A stretch of 63,943 bases of DNA, filler included, from Basidioascus undulatus (lineage: Eukaryota), in assembly GCA_000826855.1 (NCBI GenBank). It is 15 parts of 15 records of this genome, joined end to end, with 100 filler letters (N's around TTAATTAATTAA, not from the genome) between each part and the next. Parts side by side here need not be neighbours in the genome. Positions count along the whole stretch, not along the records: positions 61,184 to 63,943 come from JTLS01002649.1; 14 more parts are not named here. The stretch is one strand, 5' to 3'. Under the pieces are notes generated by a model. That model saw only the letters and a list, made by a program, of their open reading frames with translations, was not told where the DNA came from and searched no databases. Below, piece by piece: positions 61,184 through 63,943 of this stretch (the first letter of the stretch is position 1; the number at the start of each line of letters is the position of its first letter). Both the position numbers and the translations under genes were made by a program.

Positions 61184-63943
61184 CCTCCGCCCTCCAAGCC
61201 GCTCCCCTCCCTGCCCACCGCGTCCGAGTGGGCCACACGCGCCGCGCGCGCAGCAGAAGCGAGCCGCGTCGACTGGCTGCGCGACCTCGAGGCGCTGCAT
61301 GCGGATGCGCAGGCGCGGTTCGGGGACGTTTGCTGGAGGGGGGAGGAGGAGGAGGAGGGGGTTGTTTGGGGGCATAAAGGTGTGTTTGACTTTGTTAATG
61401 TGAGGAAGCGTGCCTTGGGTTGGGGATACTGAAGTTGATGGAATGGAATGGGACAGCGGTGATCTATGCGCGCGCCCCAGCATCCTTCCTGCACACCTTC
61501 CTCCCCTCACGGTACTCGCCGTCCCCGTCGCCCTACTCGCCCTCCCCCGCGCTCCTCCCCCCAAACGCCTCACTCTCCACTCTCTCTCTCGCGCTCCCCG
61601 GCTCGTCCTCCCTGCGCTCCCCCTCCCCCTCACCCTCGACCTCCGGACGCACCCCCCTCCTCCTCCCCCCGCACACGACACCCTCCGTCCTGCGCAGCGC
61701 GCTCTCCTTCCTCTACACCGCGCGCGACGGCGAGTCGTTCGACTTCCTCTTCGAGGAGACGTCCAACGCGTTCGGGGAGCTCATGAACGGGCGGCCGGCG
61801 CGCGGGCAGGGGGAAAGGGAGGAGAAGATGCGCATGGACCTGGTGTACATGTGGCGCAGCCGCTTGTACAGCGACGTCAAGATCGTGCTGGTCGATGATG
61901 CGGCGGCGGCGAACGCGGCGGCGGCGGCGCATCTGCCGTCGATGGACGACACGCCGAGCATCCCTACCGACGACGAGGACGAGGACGATGTGGGCGCGGG
62001 CGGGCCGAACCGCACCGCAGTGTTCTCCGCGCACCGGGCGGTGCTCATCTCGCGCTCGCCGTACTTTGCCTCCCTCCTCTCCCCCTCCTCCGGCTTCCTC
62101 GAGTCCGCCCACGCTCCCTCTTCCGCCTTCCCCCAAACAATCACCCTCCACCGCCCGCCCTTCACGCCGGCCTCCCTGCACTTCGCGCTGGGCTACATCT
62201 ACGCGGGGACCCTCTCCTTCTCGAACCGCTCCTTCGACCTGACGACCGCATTCGAGGTCTGGCGCGCAGCAGAGTCCCTCTCGCTCTCCTCCCTCAAGCA
62301 CGAACTCGCCGTCCGGATCGCGGAAATGTGCGCAAACTTCGCATACCCGATCCGGGACCGCGCGGCCGCGCGCCGCGTCCCGCGCGTGCTGGCTTTTGCC
62401 CTCCAGCCAGAGAACCTCGCACCTGAGCTCGAGCTCCCCGCACGCGCGCTGTGCGTCCGGGCGTTCGGGGACGTCTGGGCGCGGGAGGTGGCTGAGCTGG
62501 ACGCCCCCGCGCGGAAGGCGCTCGTGGCCCAGGTCATGGCGTGCGTGAAGCCCGAGGGGGTCGTGCCCGCCTTGAAGGGCGTCATGGCTGTGCAGGCGCG
62601 CTTGGCACTGGAGGGGGGGAAGGCGAGGTGGGCGGACGAGCTGCGGAGGATGGTCGAGGCTGTGGAGGGGAAGGTGCGGAGGGTGGTGATGGAGGGTTTG
62701 GAGGAGGTCGTGGAGGGACGGAAGTTCTGGGAGCTTGCGCAGGGGCTGGGCTTCTCGGGAGACGCGTGGGAGAGGCTGCTGGAGATTGTTGAGGAGGGGC
62801 TGGAAGAGGGGAACGCGCCGAGGATCTACCAGGTGGGTCTTCTTTCCTCCCATTCTCTTTCTCTTCCTTCTGAGTACCCAGGCTGATGGGACGGCGGGGG
62901 GGACCAGACCCTCACCGGCAAAGCCCTCCTAAACGAGGACGAGGAGCGCGCGCTCCCGCCCGGCCCGCGCGGGACGGTCGAGGACGCGCGGCAGAAGATT
63001 GTGAGATACATCAAGCGCCGGTGGGTCGGGATCTGCGCGTTGGGCGGGTTTGGCCCGCTCGAGAACTGGGCGCTTAAGGAGCTCAGCGATGGTGCGTCTT
63101 CCCTCCTTTTCCCCCTTTGGTTCCTCCCTTCTCTTTCTCTAATCGCTGAACACCTTCGAGGGGCTGGTAGAGCTCGAAGTGCCCGTGGACGACCTGATCG
63201 CCGAAGCCGCCACTTCTCCCCCGCCGCGCGCTACCCCACCGTCGCGGCCAGCCAAGCGCCCCTCTCTGGGCGATGGCGTGAAGGCCGACGGGGCAGACGA
63301 GAGCCACTCGCTGCACAGCCTGCGCTCGACCGTCCTGAACCGGAACGCCGCGCGCCAGGGCACGGCGACGACCATCGCTGGCGGGACGCGCCGTCCCGCC
63401 GCCCCGTCCGTCTCCTCCGTCCGCTCGAGCACGTCTACCCTCCGTGGCGGTGCGGGCGCGGCAGGGAGAGGGGCGGCAAGGAGCACGGCGAGCGTGCGCT
63501 CGAATGCCCCGCCTGGGTCCACGACAAGCGTACGGTCGTCCGTCTCTCCGTCGACTACCAGCGTGCGCTCGTTGGTCGCCCCGTCGACCACGAGCGTGCG
63601 CTCCCCCGCGCAGAAACCCGCCGGCGCGGCCGCTGCGCCCCCGCGCTCGACGACGAGCGTCCGCTCTACCGCAACCAGCGTCCGGCAGCGTTCGCCCTCC
63701 GCACCCAAGCCCGCTCCGTCCACCTCAGCACCGAAACCCACCCCCAAATCCTCCGCATCCACATCCGCATCCACCACCACCCCGACCACCACCGGCGCAG
63801 CCAAACGCCCGACCGGCTCCGCAGGGACGTCCACGAACTCCGTGCGCTCCACCGCGTCGCGCAAGACAGGTGACGAGAAGGAGAAGGACAAGGGGAAGGC
63901 GAAGGAGGCGGTCCCGTCCCTGCCGTCCGGCAGCACCAGCCCC
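61184..63943 (+). CDS. BTB/POZ-domain protein with a Ser/Thr/Arg-rich tail, partial
   Basis: DLVYMWRSRLYSDVKI, FSAHRAVLISRSPYF, FTPASLHFALGYIYAGTL; introns at about 62833-62908 and 63092-63169. Confidence 0.85.

Overview
GC-rich, intron-rich fungal DNA, a basidiomycete and probably Pucciniomycotina (inferred from gene content and GTGCG/GTACG/GTGAG donors). The window is not one locus. It is 15 contigs joined by artificial 100-bp linkers (44N-TTAATTAATTAA-44N); 14 are about 2.8 kb and in descending size order, and one is 23.5 kb (11628-35150), so adjacency across linkers means nothing. Recognisable genes, mostly partial: Nup192/205, Akr1, a disrupted AhpC/TSA-2 (PRXL2-like) gene, Bcd1, a TBC Rab-GAP, a FAR-17a/AIG1-like membrane protein, Dus4, Sft2, Met10, Med4, Brap2/Etp1, a 2OG-Fe(II) dioxygenase, Sac3, a two-box HMG protein, Pol3, Mrs6/REP, Osh1/2, RWDD2-like, Zrc1 and a BTB protein. 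RNA genes: intron-containing tRNA-Asp(GTC) and tRNA-Ala(AGC), and U6 snRNA. There are also fused, decayed Gypsy and Copia remnants. I did not find a convincing new multi-gene system. The best leads are CpG-type decay of transposons and of a host gene, tandem 9/10-nt microexons carrying a putative catalytic Thr, a nested perfect inverted repeat, decaying F-box genes, and an STTSVRS peptide array. Exon models were read by eye, so boundaries are approximate.
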